Assembly (NCBI GenBank): GCA_951406725.2
Contig: OX597823.1
Coordinates: 44,702,001-44,766,000, forward strand
Length of the DNA: 64,000 bases
Reading direction: 5' to 3'
Source: Octopus vulgaris
Lineage: Eukaryota
This document shows, piece after piece, positions 14,150-27,723 of this stretch. The translations under genes and the position numbers were made by a program. Position 1 is the first letter of the stretch. Each line of letters starts with the position of its first letter. The notes below the pieces were generated by a model. The model was given only the letters and a program-made list of their open reading frames with translations. It was not told the origin of the DNA and did not search any database.

Positions 14150-15720
14150 TCCAAAATAATATTTCTTTACCCAATATGGCTTTTTATAATCTACAATCCC
14201 GAGCAATACAAAGAAAGCTTACCCAGCCTACGCCATTAGAAGAACTTTCCAGGTGCAAGCATTCAGACCCTAACCCTAACCCTAACAAACGAGAAAGACT
14301 ACTTCGTTATATGTATTTATTAAGGGCAAGCTGGCAGAATCGTTAGAGTGTCGAACAAAATGCTTTGCTGTATTTCCTTCGGCTCTTGACGTTCTGAGTT
14401 CAATTCCTTTTCATTCTTCTTGGGTATGTAGAAGAAATCTCCTTCCCTCAAAATTGCTGGCATTGTGCCTAAAACCGAAACACGGTGTGTCTCTCATTTT
14501 GTTTATCTAGGAACTGTATAGCCGAATGGTTACAGTCGATCCTACTGCGTCACATCTTAGGCAAATGCCACTTTTTAACGATCTCGTGTCGACCCATAGC
14601 TTGCCAATGAAACTGGATATATGGAAACTGTGTAGAAGCCCATCAAGTGGATTGTACGTGCAGTTTCAAAGGTCCAACCTTATTCTGCCTAGAAATCCAC
14701 ATTAAGACTTCACACGTCTGTGGAGTACTCGACCACTTACATGCTAATTCATTAAACCTCCTGGCTCAGTTACTCAAGCGACCGAATACTCAGTTACAAA
14801 TTCTCTCCGAGATTCATTTATGTGGCTATTTTACTCAATGTTTTTATAATGATTTTTTGTTGTCATTGTAACGTTTGTCTTTCAGGGACCCCGTGACAAC
14901 TAATCAAACACTCACAAAATCTCATTTGTTCTTCCACTTTATGTTTTGGGTTCAAATTCTATTGGAGTCAACTTTGCCTTTCATCCCTCCGGGGTCGATA
15001 CAATAAAGGGCTATAATTCGATATTGGTATACCAGGTCACTCACCCACACGACCGTCGAAAAAGACGGTGAATGACGTCGTCTCCTCACACCGACACTCT
15101 TAGGACTGATACCGAAGGAGAGTCAAATACAGTACCAGTGGTATTGGCTATTACCCCTCCTCTCAAAATTGCTGGCTTTGTGCTAAATCATTGTCGACAT
15201 CGTCGTCGTTGTCGTCGTGGTCGTTGTTATTAACTAATAATTGACTGCTTATAACGCTCAAGGCACTTTTTTTATTATGTAGGAATGAAAACGTAGAAAA
15301 CGAAAAGAAAGCAAGGTTAAACCAAGGGTCGAGGCTGCTTTTCCTTTCATACATTAGTGTTATTTTTATATTTTCCCCTATTTATTTAATTTTAAACCTA
15401 AAGAACCTCTTGGCTTTATTCCTCCCACTCACAAACCTCCAATTTCGCGCCCCGACCTTTATTAGCCATCTTACTCCTCCATCAAAACCGACAGAAAGAA
15501 TTGGCAGGAGGACGGACCTCTGACCGATATTTCCGGCTAAGATTTTTCGTTCATTTGTCTATGCGTGTACGTGATTGTATATGTGTGTGTTTATATCTGT
15601 GTGAGTTTGATCGAGTGTTCATCCGCACGCGTGTATGCGAGTGTTTGTGTCTGTGAGTTTGTGTGCATGTGTGTGTGCGTGTGGAAATGCAACATTGTGA
15701 ACCTGCGTGTTTTTATTAGT

Positions 15721-15799
<79 letters not shown>

Positions 15800-16479
15800 T
15801 ATCTAAATATATTAATCTGTAGTTCTTTTTTTATTTGCTCATTTACTCCTCCCTCTCCACCCCTGAATTCACCCACTACACCAGTATAGTTATAGCATCT
15901 TCCTGTTGGTTATTATCACTTCTACACGAACAAATGCCTCGAAAATCTTCACTTCACTGGAGATATAACAACCTCCTTTCCTTCGCCAACACAAAGCCTA
16001 ATCATTACACTTTATATCAAGGAAACAAATTCTACCCTGCACACTTCATACATATGAATAATATACGATTTAATCCCTAAATCTCTCAAGGTAATCCCTC
16101 CTCTATCACATTGCCAAATTTGCATATATAAGGCTAATTTTATTCTTTGAAGGCCAGAAAATATTCAAACCCTGATCAGTTTTTGATCTTATACAAGTGT
16201 AAACGGCATTAAAGTACTACTTAAGTATCTGGAAGTCAGTTTTCGTGGTTTTTATTATCGATATCTAGATGCTGTTACGACATACACGAACATTTTAAGC
16301 TGTATCTGAAATAAGGCCTTCCAACTGATTGGTAACGATTCACTCATTAATATGCTACAGTTTATAGCACACAGATATGCAGTTCGTGCTCTTTGAATCC
16401 ACTGCTGTTACCACGGTAGCTTCTGTGTTTCTTTTCCTTTTCTCTTTATTGGTCTGGTTTGGAGGAATGAGCTGTATTC

Positions 16480-16870
16480 ATGGCAGACTCTGCCAAACCA
16501 ATAAGATTAAATCGGTTAACGTACCTCTTGAAAAAAAACTGCATGCCGGAAGCTGCGGGAAGAAGGAAGATGTAATTACAGAAGCTGACGTTCTGGGAGA
16601 AGAACTGGACGTAGAGGTTAGTGTAAGACCTAAAAGATGATGAACACAATATTGGGGAACGATAGAAGAGATGAAAAACGGAAGTTTTTGAATGAAAGTG
16701 GTACGGGACCAGCTAGAAAGATTTAGGGTATTAATGCCATCGTAGGAGCAAAAGAAAAGAGAGAGAGGTGGGGGTGATAGCAAGTCTGTGAGACAATGGT
16801 TGGAATGTGTTGGAGAGTAACTTCACGTGAATCAGTCGAGTGGCCTTTCTTTGCCTTTCGATGCTGTGTA
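16480..16870 (-). mobile_element. Degenerate LINE 3' fragment (CR1/L2/Jockey group)
   Basis: The - strand translation contains KKATRLIH...FQPLSHRL...SL, typical of LINE ORF2 C-termini. Confidence 0.45.
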
Positions 16871-16989
16871 CCACTTAAGTTATGACCTGTCGGATGCACC
16901 TATCTTACCTCTACATAATATTCCTACTTTTCCTAATCATTCTTCCTCTAAAGCTACAACTGCTTAGAAATCTCTTTCTCTCTCTCGCG

Positions 16990-17118
<129 letters not shown>

Positions 17119-17949
17119 GATCTCTATCTCTGTCTCTTTCTCTCTCCATACATACACACGTTTCTTCAAAATGCGTCGACTGAAAAGAAAAAAAAATTCA
17201 GTCTGCGCATCAATCCCATCGATTCTCTCGTGAATCTGGCAAGACCTACAAAGTCTATCAATGCTAACATATATAAGGAATGTCTATGATATATGTATGA
17301 GTATACAGTACCGCTGTCAAACGTGTTGATTTAACGATCCTATATGTTAAGCAAGAGTTCCGAAATATTGCCTGCATACAAGCATAGGAACAAATTCTTA
17401 ACGGATTTCAACTACTGACTGAGAAACTGCAACCAATTTTATCGTCATCGGCACAGCTTATTGATTAAACCAGGTTACGCCACACGCTAGTAATTCCACC
17501 TCTTTATACAACCGTAATGATCACTTGACTGCCATCGGATATCTCATAATGGTATCAGCTCCTATACAAGCAAATGGTTAATTTCTATGGAAATCCTTTC
17601 ACTCCCATCCGTTAACAGCCGCCAGCCTTTCGTTACTAGGCACCATATCACCTTATGAAAAGGTTATTCAACGAAGGCCAAATATTTTCGACGATGCATG
17701 CCTATTTTTTTTTATCCTTCATTTCTAAGTTCATCCATTTGTGCTTTTGTCATCTGAATGATCACATGTGATGAAAAACTCTGGATAGCAATGAAGTGAA
17801 TCATCAGTTTCGAATGATTAAGCACCACTACTTGTATTGAGTACGTTTTCTTCCATTTGTTTAACTGAGGCTACAAATAATTAAATCTGTGTGTGTGTGT
17901 GTGTGTGCGCGCGCATTAAAATTTATTTAACTCTGAAATTATACATTCA

Positions 17950-19140
17950 AATTATTTATTAATTGTTATAATGTGAATTTTTAATATTTAGTAGACATGC
18001 CCTTTGCATTTTTCAGTGCAAAGATCCTATTAGGTATGTTACTGATCAGATGGCGAATATTCTCTAGCGGAATTTCTTATCAAGTTTCATGCAGTAATCT
18101 CAAAAGATCTGGCTTTGAAAATGCTTTTTTGTTCTTTTTAGGAAGTATCCTATCCATTAAGTCTCAGAGGTGTTCAATAGGTTTCATATCTGGTGACTGG
18201 CTTGGCAACAGAAGTTTTTTAATGTCATTCTCATCCAACAAATCTTGGGTCATTTTAGCCCTGTAACAAAGAGCCTCATCTTCCCTAAATAAAGAGTATA
18301 AATAAAGAAATAATCATTTCACTACTCGAGAAAATTGGAAGGTGTCCTTCCTGCAATATAGACACATATTTATCTGAGTTTATGTTTCCCTCAAACGCCA
18401 CCAGCTCTGAGTGACCATTGTTCCAAATTGCTCTCCAGACCATCACAGAATAGCTGCCGTGTTTCATTGTTAGCTGCAATCTTTTCACATCAAATTCTTG
18501 ATCACATAGTCTTCAGACCCACATTCGACCACTGTCAGGAAATACAGAAAATCTGGACTCATTGGAGAATATGACAGTATCATAAACTGCTAGTAGCCTC
18601 TCCAACATCTCACTGGCCCAATCTTTCCTCCGCTTGATATTAGCTGGTCGAAGAAATGACTCCCTTCTTGCTGTTCTGCTATAGTAACCAAGTTTGTGGA
18701 GATACCTGGCAGCTGTTCTGGGACTGACATCAACTTGTTCAGCCATGTCAGAGGACTTGCAACAAGGAGTATCCTCCACACTTCTCTGAACAAAAAGAAG
18801 GGTGACGTCAGAGGTCTCTGGTTGATCTGGGCGAGGTGATGTGAACACCTTCCCCTCTGTGACGAATTGCATAATCACTCTCTGTAGAGAGCGGGATCCC
18901 AAGATTTTCTTCGATTTTACGCTAATTATGTCCACTTTCACAATAAAACAGAACGCTGTCTTCATGGCCTCTTTGAAATTTAGACAGTTCCCAGGCTTCG
19001 TTTGTATATGGCATGATTAACCAGTTACATACAGGACCTGAAACATAAAATGACAATTAATAAAAAGTATAAACTTTTACAAGTTAGAATAAACATAAAA
19101 CGATGTTTTATGGAGTATCTATTTACTTCTGTAATGTCTG
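17950..19140 (-). mobile_element. Tc1-like transposon fossil
   Basis: Frameshifted transposase: HTH region, VIFSNESRF (first D mutated), VMVWRAI and SQSPDMKPIEHL. Ends at a (TATG)n tract. Confidence 0.88.
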
Positions 19141-19142
19141 CG

Positions 19143-19174
<32 letters not shown>

Positions 19175-19522
19175 TGTATGTATGTATGTATGTATGTATG
19201 TATGTATGTATGTATGTATGTATGTATGTACGTATGTATGTATGTATGTATGTACGTACGCATGTATGTATGTATATTTGTATGTATGTATGTATGTATG
19301 TATGTATGTATGTATGTATGTATGTATGTATGTATGTATGTATGTATGTATGTATGTATGTATGTATGTATGTATGTATGTATGTATGTATGTATGCATG
19401 TATGTATGTATGTATGCATGTATGTATGTACGTACGTACGTACGCATGTATGTATGTATATTTGTATGTGTATGTATGTATGTATGTATGTATGTATGTA
19501 TGTATGTATGTATGTATGTATG
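19143..19522. repeat. (TATG)n microsatellite
   Basis: Direct observation. Confidence 0.97.
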
Positions 19523-19701
19523 TGCGTGTTTGTTATCGGTAGGTTATTACGCACTGTGCGTGTATTATTATTACTGACGTAATGACCCACCTCACCGCCG
19601 CAAAGTACAAGGTTTATTTCAACACACGGATTCACAAAAAGAATCTTGCAAACCAAAAGCAAAAACTAAATAAATACACACACACATATATGTGCGTGCG
19701 T

Positions 19702-19757
<56 letters not shown>

Positions 19758-20340
19758 GCGTGCGTGTGCGTGCGTGCGTGTGCGTGCGTGCGTGTGTGTC
19801 TGTGTTACAGAGTCAGAATTATACGTTTTTAAAATTTGCGGGGAATAACAAATTGAAGACATTTCCTTCTTATAAAAATGTTCAAAGAACTATTTACAAT
19901 GCCGTAAAGAAATAGAAAAACAAAGATTCTGAAACTAAACTCATAACTGTTCTCCTTAAAATGACGCAAATAATAAACGTTTCTTTGTAAAAACTTTATA
20001 AATATTACACATTTAAATCATGAAAACTCCGGAACATAAAAAAAGCGTTTGAATGAAAAGACGACGTTCTATTTTAAATTAATCTGTTTCAACCGATTTT
20101 ATTGTTACTGTCATCGCACTGTCAGTGATGTTTTTTTTTTTTTTTGTTTTCGTTATTTTTTTCCCTTCATATTAATAAATAGCGTTTCATTCTTCTGACA
20201 GTAATCTTTTATCAGTTTATCAATACAGTAGCAAAAACAAAAACAATTTTTATACCAAAGTGTCTGTTTGTGACAGAGACAAATAGTAGGAGTGTGGATG
20301 TGTATGAGTGTGTAGATATGTATGAGTGTGTGTCTGCGTG

Positions 20341-20382
<42 letters not shown>

Positions 20383-20744
20383 TAGGGAGAGAGAGATACA
20401 TACATACAGGCACACATACATACATACATACATACATACATACATACATACATACATACATACATACATACATACATACTCTATGTAGTCTATAGACTAC
20501 ATAAAATCTGTAAATTTGATAAGTGCCAATAGATGAAACTCGCGGGACTTGAGTCACTCTGCGACTTCAGCCGATTAACAAATATGATAATATTCACGCG
20601 TGTATGTATATGTATGTGTATGTGTGTGTATAATTATATATATATATATAAAATATATAAGATAGGACGATTTCTTTAATACAGTATGCATTAAAGAGAA
20701 ACTACACCCAAAGAATGACACCAAGTGCCCTATAGGTTGTGTGG

Positions 20745-20835
<91 letters not shown>

Positions 20836-21614
20836 GTAATACATTGTTTATACATGTTAGGTGTAATTGCGCGATTGAAACTATTACCAACCTGAAAGCA
20901 AAGCTGCCCTGAACCGTCAAACTGAAAATATCTCCATGGAAATACATATTCATAGGGATAGATCCTGACATCAAAGGTTAAACATGATATAGTTGTGTAA
21001 CCTAGGTTTCCAATAACATCGATATAAATGCTTAGAATAATTCGAAAATTCATTCGTTTGATTGCTCTGTTCATAAGTAACATATTATGTACAAGCACAA
21101 AATAGAGATATTATATTCCCTTGTGGATATAATGATAGTTTTTCTGAAGTGATATCCTCGCAACTACAAACATTTCCACCGCATACATTACTGTAAGAGT
21201 TACACTAATGAATAAAATCTATGGTCATCGATCTGAGAAACTTTGCAGCTTATATTGTTATCTTCTTAATATGCATGCATGCATGCATGCATGTATGTAT
21301 GTATGTATGTATGTATGTATGTATGTATGTATGTATGTATGTATGTATGTATGTATGTATATGTTCTAAGACGTAGGCCATAATTGTTCCACCTAAGTTG
21401 GTTGGAATTTTGCGTAGGAGCATATCTGTTCAAGGAAAACGTTATATGATATGTAATTTCTTTTGAGGGTACTAATATTGAACACCTACAAATACTGCTA
21501 TCGATATCCGAAAAAAAATTACTGATTACAAAATCATTCATTTCGAGTAATTATCAAGATTGAATATATTTAAAACAAATTGTTACTTTTTTTTTCTTTT
21601 TTTGAGTGCAGGCT

Positions 21615-21891
21615 TATAAATCTGAACAGAAACTTTTTTTTTCTTCTAAATTCTTTGGAAGTATCATTCTGAGTAAAACAACATTACCAGACCAACTGCA
21701 GATTTTGAACATCTTTTTAAAGCAATTTTAACAACCTATAATGAATTCCTGTGAATATATTTAACTTAGGTATTGCTAAACCTAGGCAAGGCGAGATATT
21801 TCTAATATCCACATATATTTTGTCGCACTGTGAAAATAGAACCACAAATGACTTTTGGGATAAACCGTGTATATTCATTTTTATCGATTAG
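21615..21891 (+). promoter_or_regulatory. Possible TATA box and small 5'UTR intron of the cysteine-rich gene
   Basis: TATAAA at 21615-21620. Candidate AG|GTATTG donor at 21770 and ...ttttatcgattAG acceptor ending at 21891. Motif evidence only. Confidence 0.25.
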
Positions 21892-21986
21892 GATTCGTTC
21901 GCCTCTCCTTCCCAAACTTTAGAATATTAGGGGCCTCGCAATCGACCGAAAAGTTGCTCTTAGTATGTTCCCCCCACCCACTAAAT

Positions 21987-22055
21987 ATGTATGGTAATGG
22001 ATCCTTATATCTATTCATAACTCATATCATAACTGTAGGTTATTGGTGTACATGT
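21987..22055 (+). CDS. Coding exon 1 (signal peptide) of a secreted cysteine-rich protein
   Basis: ATG at 21987 gives 23 codons MYGNGSLYLFITHIITVGYWCTC with a hydrophobic core. It ends at a consensus GTAAGT donor (22056) in phase 0, matching the phase-0 acceptor at 24398. Confidence 0.7.
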
Positions 22056-22182
22056 GTAAGTGGTATAGGTATATTAATAAATGAGTAGCTACTAAGAACT
22101 TCAACAGCAAAAAAGCATTTGAATAACTGGGGATTCTGGAAAAGAGAGACTAGAAATCTTGATCCAAATTCTTAGAGAACTT

Positions 22183-22596
22183 GGATCTTTTCGGTTTGAA
22201 CGGCAGTTTTTTCTAGCGGTGTCATATGAAATTGTCACCCATAATTATGACCCTAGAATCGATCTATTGCATTTCAATCTCTTTTAGGGTTAGGGTTAGG
22301 GTGGTGGAAGGGTATCTTTTTTTCTTCACAAATGTAAATAAACCCAATCTGTTTCTTAAACGAGGGACATATTCATACGGCACAGAATGCTTTTTAACTC
22401 AATAGACGTCACTGATTGGTTGAAATTGCAGAAACTGGAGAAAAAACAAACAAATATCTTACAAACTATAGAATTTTCTCAATAAAGCCAAGAGAAAAAG
22501 ATGTTTTATAAACACATTCTACCAGTATACGAAGTTTAAAATATTTTAGTTACCTAAAAATTATGTTAAAAACTGCCGTTCAAACCGAAAAGATCC
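22183..22596. mobile_element. Non-autonomous DNA transposon (Merlin-like), copy 1
   Basis: Perfect TIR GGATCTTTTCGGTTTGAACGGCAGTTTTT. 8-bp TSD GAGAACTT at 22175-22182 and 22597-22604. Internal (TTAGGG)3. Confidence 0.9.
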
Positions 22597-22689
22597 GAGA
22601 ACTTTCTTAAACGACATATCAGTCATCAGATATTTACAATCAAGGAATAGCCAGTATGTATGACACCCTTAATCCATACAGTTATATTG

Positions 22690-22897
22690 GTTTAAAATTT
22701 TGGCACAAGGCCAGCAACTTCAGGAGAGGGGTAAGTCGGTTACATCGACTCCAGTGCTCAACTGGTATTCTTTTATCGATTCCGAAAGGATGAAAGGCAA
22801 AGTCAACACCGGCGGAATTTGAATTGAGGATGCAAAATGGTCGAAATGTCGCTAAGCATCTTTCCCGGCGTGTTAACGATTCTACCAGCTCACCGCC
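22690..22897 (-). mobile_element. SINE family B with target-site duplication
   Basis: Full monomer flanked by TTAAT(C/T)CATACAGTTATATT direct repeats. Confidence 0.85.
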
Positions 22898-22914
22898 TTA
22901 ATTCATACAGTTAT

Positions 22915-24030
22915 ATTAACTAAGAATATATAGTGACTAAGGATAACAAATGTGTTGACTGCAGATAACACTTGTGTTAACTAAAGACAACAAACCGACT
23001 GACTTATGTTAACGTCTATCGATGAACCGTAACAGGTGTAATTACTAAAGAGAACAAGTATTGATTAAGGATAGCAGATGTAATTCAACAATTAAATAGA
23101 TAATAGATATATTAGTTAAAAGTAACTGACGTATAGACTAATAATAACTGACATATGGACTGAATATAAGAGAGATTTTGTCTAAATATAAGAGATGCAT
23201 GGACATATAGTTAGTAGATGTATTGATTAAATAAATAATGAATTTACAGTTAATATTCTTCGTCCATATGTTGGACATCTTTATGTTGAGACATTCTTCT
23301 TCAGTTCATACGTTTGTTTTCCTTAGTCCTATATATCTGTTGTCCTTCTTTCGAACGTCTACTACGTATAGCCTATACCATTTTTGGATCTTTTCGGTTT
23401 GAACGGCAGTTTTTTCTACCGGTGTCATATGAAATTGTCACCCATAATTATGACCCCAAGTATCGATCTATTGCATTTCAATCTGTTTTAGGGTTAGGTT
23501 AGTTAGGGTTAGGGGTGGGGGGAAGGGTATCTTTTTTTCTTCACAAATGTAAATAAACCCAATCTGTTTCTTAAACGAGGGACATTTTCATACGGCACAG
23601 AATGTTTTTTTACCTCAATAGACGACATTGATTGGTTGAAATTGCAGAAATTGAAGAAAAAAACAACAAATATCTTACAAACTATAGAATTTTCTCAATA
23701 AAGCCAAGAGAAAAAGATGTTTTATAAATACATTCTACCAGTATACGAAGTTTAAAAGTGTTTAGTTACGTGGAAATTATTAAAAAAAAACTGCCGTTCA
23801 AACCGAAAAGATCCCCATTTTTTTAATATCTAATCTATACGTCTGCTGTAATTAGTCGATACGTCTGTTATCTTTAACCAATATGTCTATCATTTGTTTA
23901 TTTAGCCAATACATCTGCTATCCTTAACAAATACGCGTTAACGTTTGTCTGTATGCTTGTTAACCTGAGTTAATACATCTGTATTCTGTAGTCAACAACA
24001 CGTTTTTATCCAATATGTTTAGCCAATACG
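22915..24030. repeat. Foldback-like inverted array of degenerate ~21-bp modules
   Basis: Left modules such as TTGATTAAGGATAGCAGATGTA are mirrored by TACATCTGCTATCCTTAACAAA on the right. The right arm is interrupted by the MITE at 23386. Confidence 0.6.
23386..23814. mobile_element. Non-autonomous DNA transposon (Merlin-like), copy 2
   Basis: Same TIRs as copy 1. 8-bp TSD CCATTTTT at 23378-23385 and 23815-23822. Confidence 0.9.
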
Positions 24031-24397
24031 GCTATGCGTCGGGGAGAGTCCATTACATGAGTTTCACGATCGGAACCATCTATGGATTGTGGTGGTGCTG
24101 GGGGTGGGAGTCGGTCTTCATGCAAAAAGCTCTGACAAAGCCAGCAGGAAGAATTGATAAAGCATTCAATTTTACAAAGTCAGTAGTACCAATAACAGAA
24201 TACGGACTGGCCAACTTTCAATTGGTTCTCTCTTACCACATAGAGCCAGTTATTCTCTCTTTGAGTGGTGGTCAACAAGCCATTAAAAAAAAGGGAGACA
24301 CTTTATAACATACTAAATCTTACTCTGTTGAAAGAATTTGATATCTTTTTTATTTGTTTATTTATTTATTTATTTATTTATTTATGTTTCGCTTCAG

Positions 24398-24557
24398 GAA
24401 GAGGACGATATTCCAGACTGCGGTACGCATGCTGCTTGTAAAACAGTGATAGAGTATGGTGAAAGAATGTACAGTTCAAAACTGGACATTTGTAAATGTC
24501 GAAACGAGACCAGTTGTCCGACCTCCAATTCAATCGTCAGATACATTGGCGTGAAAA
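24398..24557 (+). CDS. Coding exon 2 of the cysteine-rich protein
   Basis: Acceptor ttcgcttcag|GAA. Encodes EEDDIPDCGTHAACKTVIEYGERMYSSKLDICKCRNETSCPTSNSIVRYIGVK. Donor A|GTAAGT at 24558, phase 1. Confidence 0.9.
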
Positions 24558-24619
24558 GTAAGTTTTTTATAAATCACGTCTGAAATATTTTCTCCTCTCC
24601 TTTCTATAACATCTATAAT

Positions 24620-24857
24620 TGTTTCTAATTTAGATACAAGGCTAGTTAGTGATTTTGAGAATAAGTGGTAGTGTTGGGCTAAGCGCTGTCGATTACGTCA
24701 ACCCCATTGTGCAACTCGTACTTTTTTTTATCGGCCCTGAAAGGATGAAAAGGCAAAGTTGATCTCGTCGGAATTTGAACCCAGGCGATCGAAATGTTTC
24801 TAAACATTTCGTCTGGCGTTCTAACAATTTTGCCTGCTCGCCGTCTGGCTGCTGCTG

Positions 24858-24950
<93 letters not shown>

Positions 24951-25152
24951 CTTTCTACTATAGGAGCAAGGCATGCAATTTTGTGTGAGGGGACTATTCG
25001 ATTACATCGACCCCTGTGCTCAACTGGTACTTTTATCAAACCCGAAAGGATGAAAGGCAAAGTCGACCTCAACAGAATTTTGAATTCATCAGACGGATGA
25101 AATGCTGCAAAGCACTTTGCCCCGTGTGCTAACAATCTGCCACCTCACCGCC
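24620..25152 (-). mobile_element. Two SINE family B copies separated by (CTA)n(TAA)n
   Basis: Two GAAAGGATGAAAGGCAAAGT cores. Confidence 0.8.
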
Positions 25153-25239
25153 TGATTTCGAGTTAATATTGATATATTTTTCTAGTTAACTGCAAACATA
25201 CCCATGCATAACCATTCTGTTGGTGAACTGATGATGTCA

Positions 25240-25575
25240 AGGCACATGACTCAGTGGTTAGAGCATTGGGCTCACAATCATGATGTAGTGAGTTTGATTC
25301 TTGGACTGGGCTGTGTTCTTGAGCAAGACACTTTATTCCATGTTGCTCCAGTCCCATCAGCTATAGAAATGAGTTGCAATATCACTGATATGAAGCTGTA
25401 TTAACTTTTACCATTCCCTTGGATAACATCAGAAGCATGAAGAGTTAGGGCTGGTATGCATGGGCGATGGCTGGTCTTCCATAAAAAAAAAAAACCTTAC
25501 CTGGACTTGTGCCTCGGAGGGTAACTTTCTAGGTGCAATCCCTTGGTCGTTCATGACTGAAGTGGGTCTTTACTT
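25240..25575 (+). mobile_element. SINE family C
   Basis: tRNA-like head TGACTCAGTGGTTAGAGC...GAGTTTGATTC. Confidence 0.82.
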
Positions 25576-25810
25576 ACTTACTTTGAATATATGATTACCT
25601 AATGAAAATCAAAATTCTAATGAAAGAACTTGTTCCAGAGTTGGAGTCTTTGATTCTAAATGCTGAGAAATTTGTAAAATATAGCCAGATGAATAAACAT
25701 TCAGAGTAAAAAGAAAATAGTCCTATTTATTTATATATGTGTTTATCTAGTTATTCATTTATTTTTCTATTCATTTTGCATTTATTATGCTTTTACCTCA
25801 TTTTCAGCAG

Positions 25811-26034
25811 ATGAGCCTTGTCCCCGTTTCACTATGTACTACTGCAAACCTTTGCACTTTGAAAATATAAAAACTTGTAAAGAAGGAGAAGTATCGATGT
25901 CTTTTAAAGGATCAAAAATGTTGCCATCTACTGTGAAGGAAGTATTTTGCCGTTGTCCAAAATCTGATCCTCTACATTTGACAAGTATTGAAAATTATGG
26001 CTTCAAGAAAACTGAGTTTTACTCATGTTCTATG
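25811..26034 (+). CDS. Coding exon 3 of the cysteine-rich protein
   Basis: Acceptor ttttcagcag|AT continues the phase-1 frame: (N)EPCPRFTMYYCKPLHFENIKTCKEGEVSMSFKGSKMLPSTVKEVFCRCPKSDPLHLTSIENYGFKKTEFYSCSM. Donor GTGAGC at 26035, phase 0. Confidence 0.9.
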
Positions 26035-27220
26035 GTGAGCTTTCAAGCATTCTTTATAAATAACATCCTACATCACACCATCAGTATTAAGTCACCTTCA
26101 TAACAGAGAAAGGCAAAGCTGAGTTATTATCAGCATAATCATCATTTAATGTCTGTGTTCCATGCTAGCATGGGTTGGATGGTTTGACAAGGGCTGACAA
26201 GCTGGAGAGCTGAATCAGGCTCCAATTGTCTATTTTGGCATGGTTTCAACAACTGGATGCCCTTCCTTATGCCAATTACTTCATAGAGTATACTGGGTGC
26301 TTTTTATGTGACACCAACATGGGAGCTTCTTACATAGCAACAGCATGGTTGCCTTTTTACATGGTGCCAGCACAGGTGCTCTTTGCATAACCTCAGGAGA
26401 CTTTTTATATGTCAAAGGTTTTGATGTATATATTTTTACAAGTTATACTATATTGTCAGCGACATGCAACATTTGGTTTTATGGTTGTGCATTGATCAAG
26501 TTCCAACTTGTTGCTGCTCAAAATTAAGAGTATGTTTAAAATGGGTAAATATATAATTACACTCTGTCTCTCTTTCTCTTTTTCTCTCTCACACACACAC
26601 ATGCGTGCTAAATACAAGTGGTTGTTAGACTTAATCTGTATAACCCCATTATCTTTGCCATTTGGAGTCTACTCAGTTGCAAACATTTGGTCAGATCTTC
26701 AGTCTGAGAATAACTTTATCCGTCCTACCAATCTTAAACACTCTCAAAATGGCTTGTATGTGCTTTGTTCCTCTTCTGACTAAAACTATGCAGGCAAATA
26801 GCATATGTTTCTCCATTTCTTTTAACTATTTCAATTCTCCCTCCAAGGGAAATGGCGATTTGTAACAAAATATCAAAAAATTCTGTCATTAGAATCTGGA
26901 TAGCAATAAGTGTTACATGTTGACCTTTAGAAAAGTCTAGTAAAGTTTGGCTACTCTGCTTACAGAATGAAATGATAAACTGTACATTAGTTGGTCACAT
27001 TATTTCTGAGATTGCCACTGAAATATTGACTATCATAAATGAAAGCATTAATAATTGTTGATATAAATGTGAATTTACTAGCAGGATAGAGAAGCTGCAG
27101 ATTTTAAAGCAAATATTCTCCTTCTTGTATATGTGATTTCCTCCTTCTTGTATATGTGTGTGTGTGTGTGTGTGTGCGTGTGCATGTGCATATGTGTGTG
27201 TGCATGTATGCATGCATGTG

Positions 27221-27252
<32 letters not shown>

Positions 27253-27455
27253 AATGTATCTATGTATATGTATATGTATATATGCATACATGTATGCATC
27301 TATGTATACATGTGTGTGTGTGTTTGAGCGTGGAAGCCAAGGGTGCAAATCAAGGTGAAGCCAACTGCTGGGCATTGCTGACATTTTGTATGGGCAATGG
27401 TCAGTAATGGTCTTCCCTAGTCACAAGTACACAACTGTTGTCATCATCATCATCA

Positions 27456-27506
<51 letters not shown>

Positions 27507-27534
27507 TTCTATATATGTATATTTATATATATAT

Positions 27535-27691
27535 AGGAGTGACTATGTGGTAAGAAGCTTGCTTCCCAACCACATGGTTCCAGGTTCAGTCCCACTGCAT
27601 GGCACCTTGGGCAAGTGTCTTCTACTGTAGCCTCGGGCTGATCAAAGCTTTGTGAGTGGATTTGGTAGATGGAAACTGAAAGAAGCCCATC

Positions 27692-27723
<32 letters not shown>

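Noticed and set aside
14268-14287. (CCCTAA)3 as a telomere or fusion relic
   Set aside because: Too short. Similar runs occur inside MITEs in this window.
24015-24308. 97-aa ORF upstream of exon 2 as an extra exon
   Set aside because: No convincing splice sites or cysteine pattern, and exon 1 already joins exon 2 in phase.
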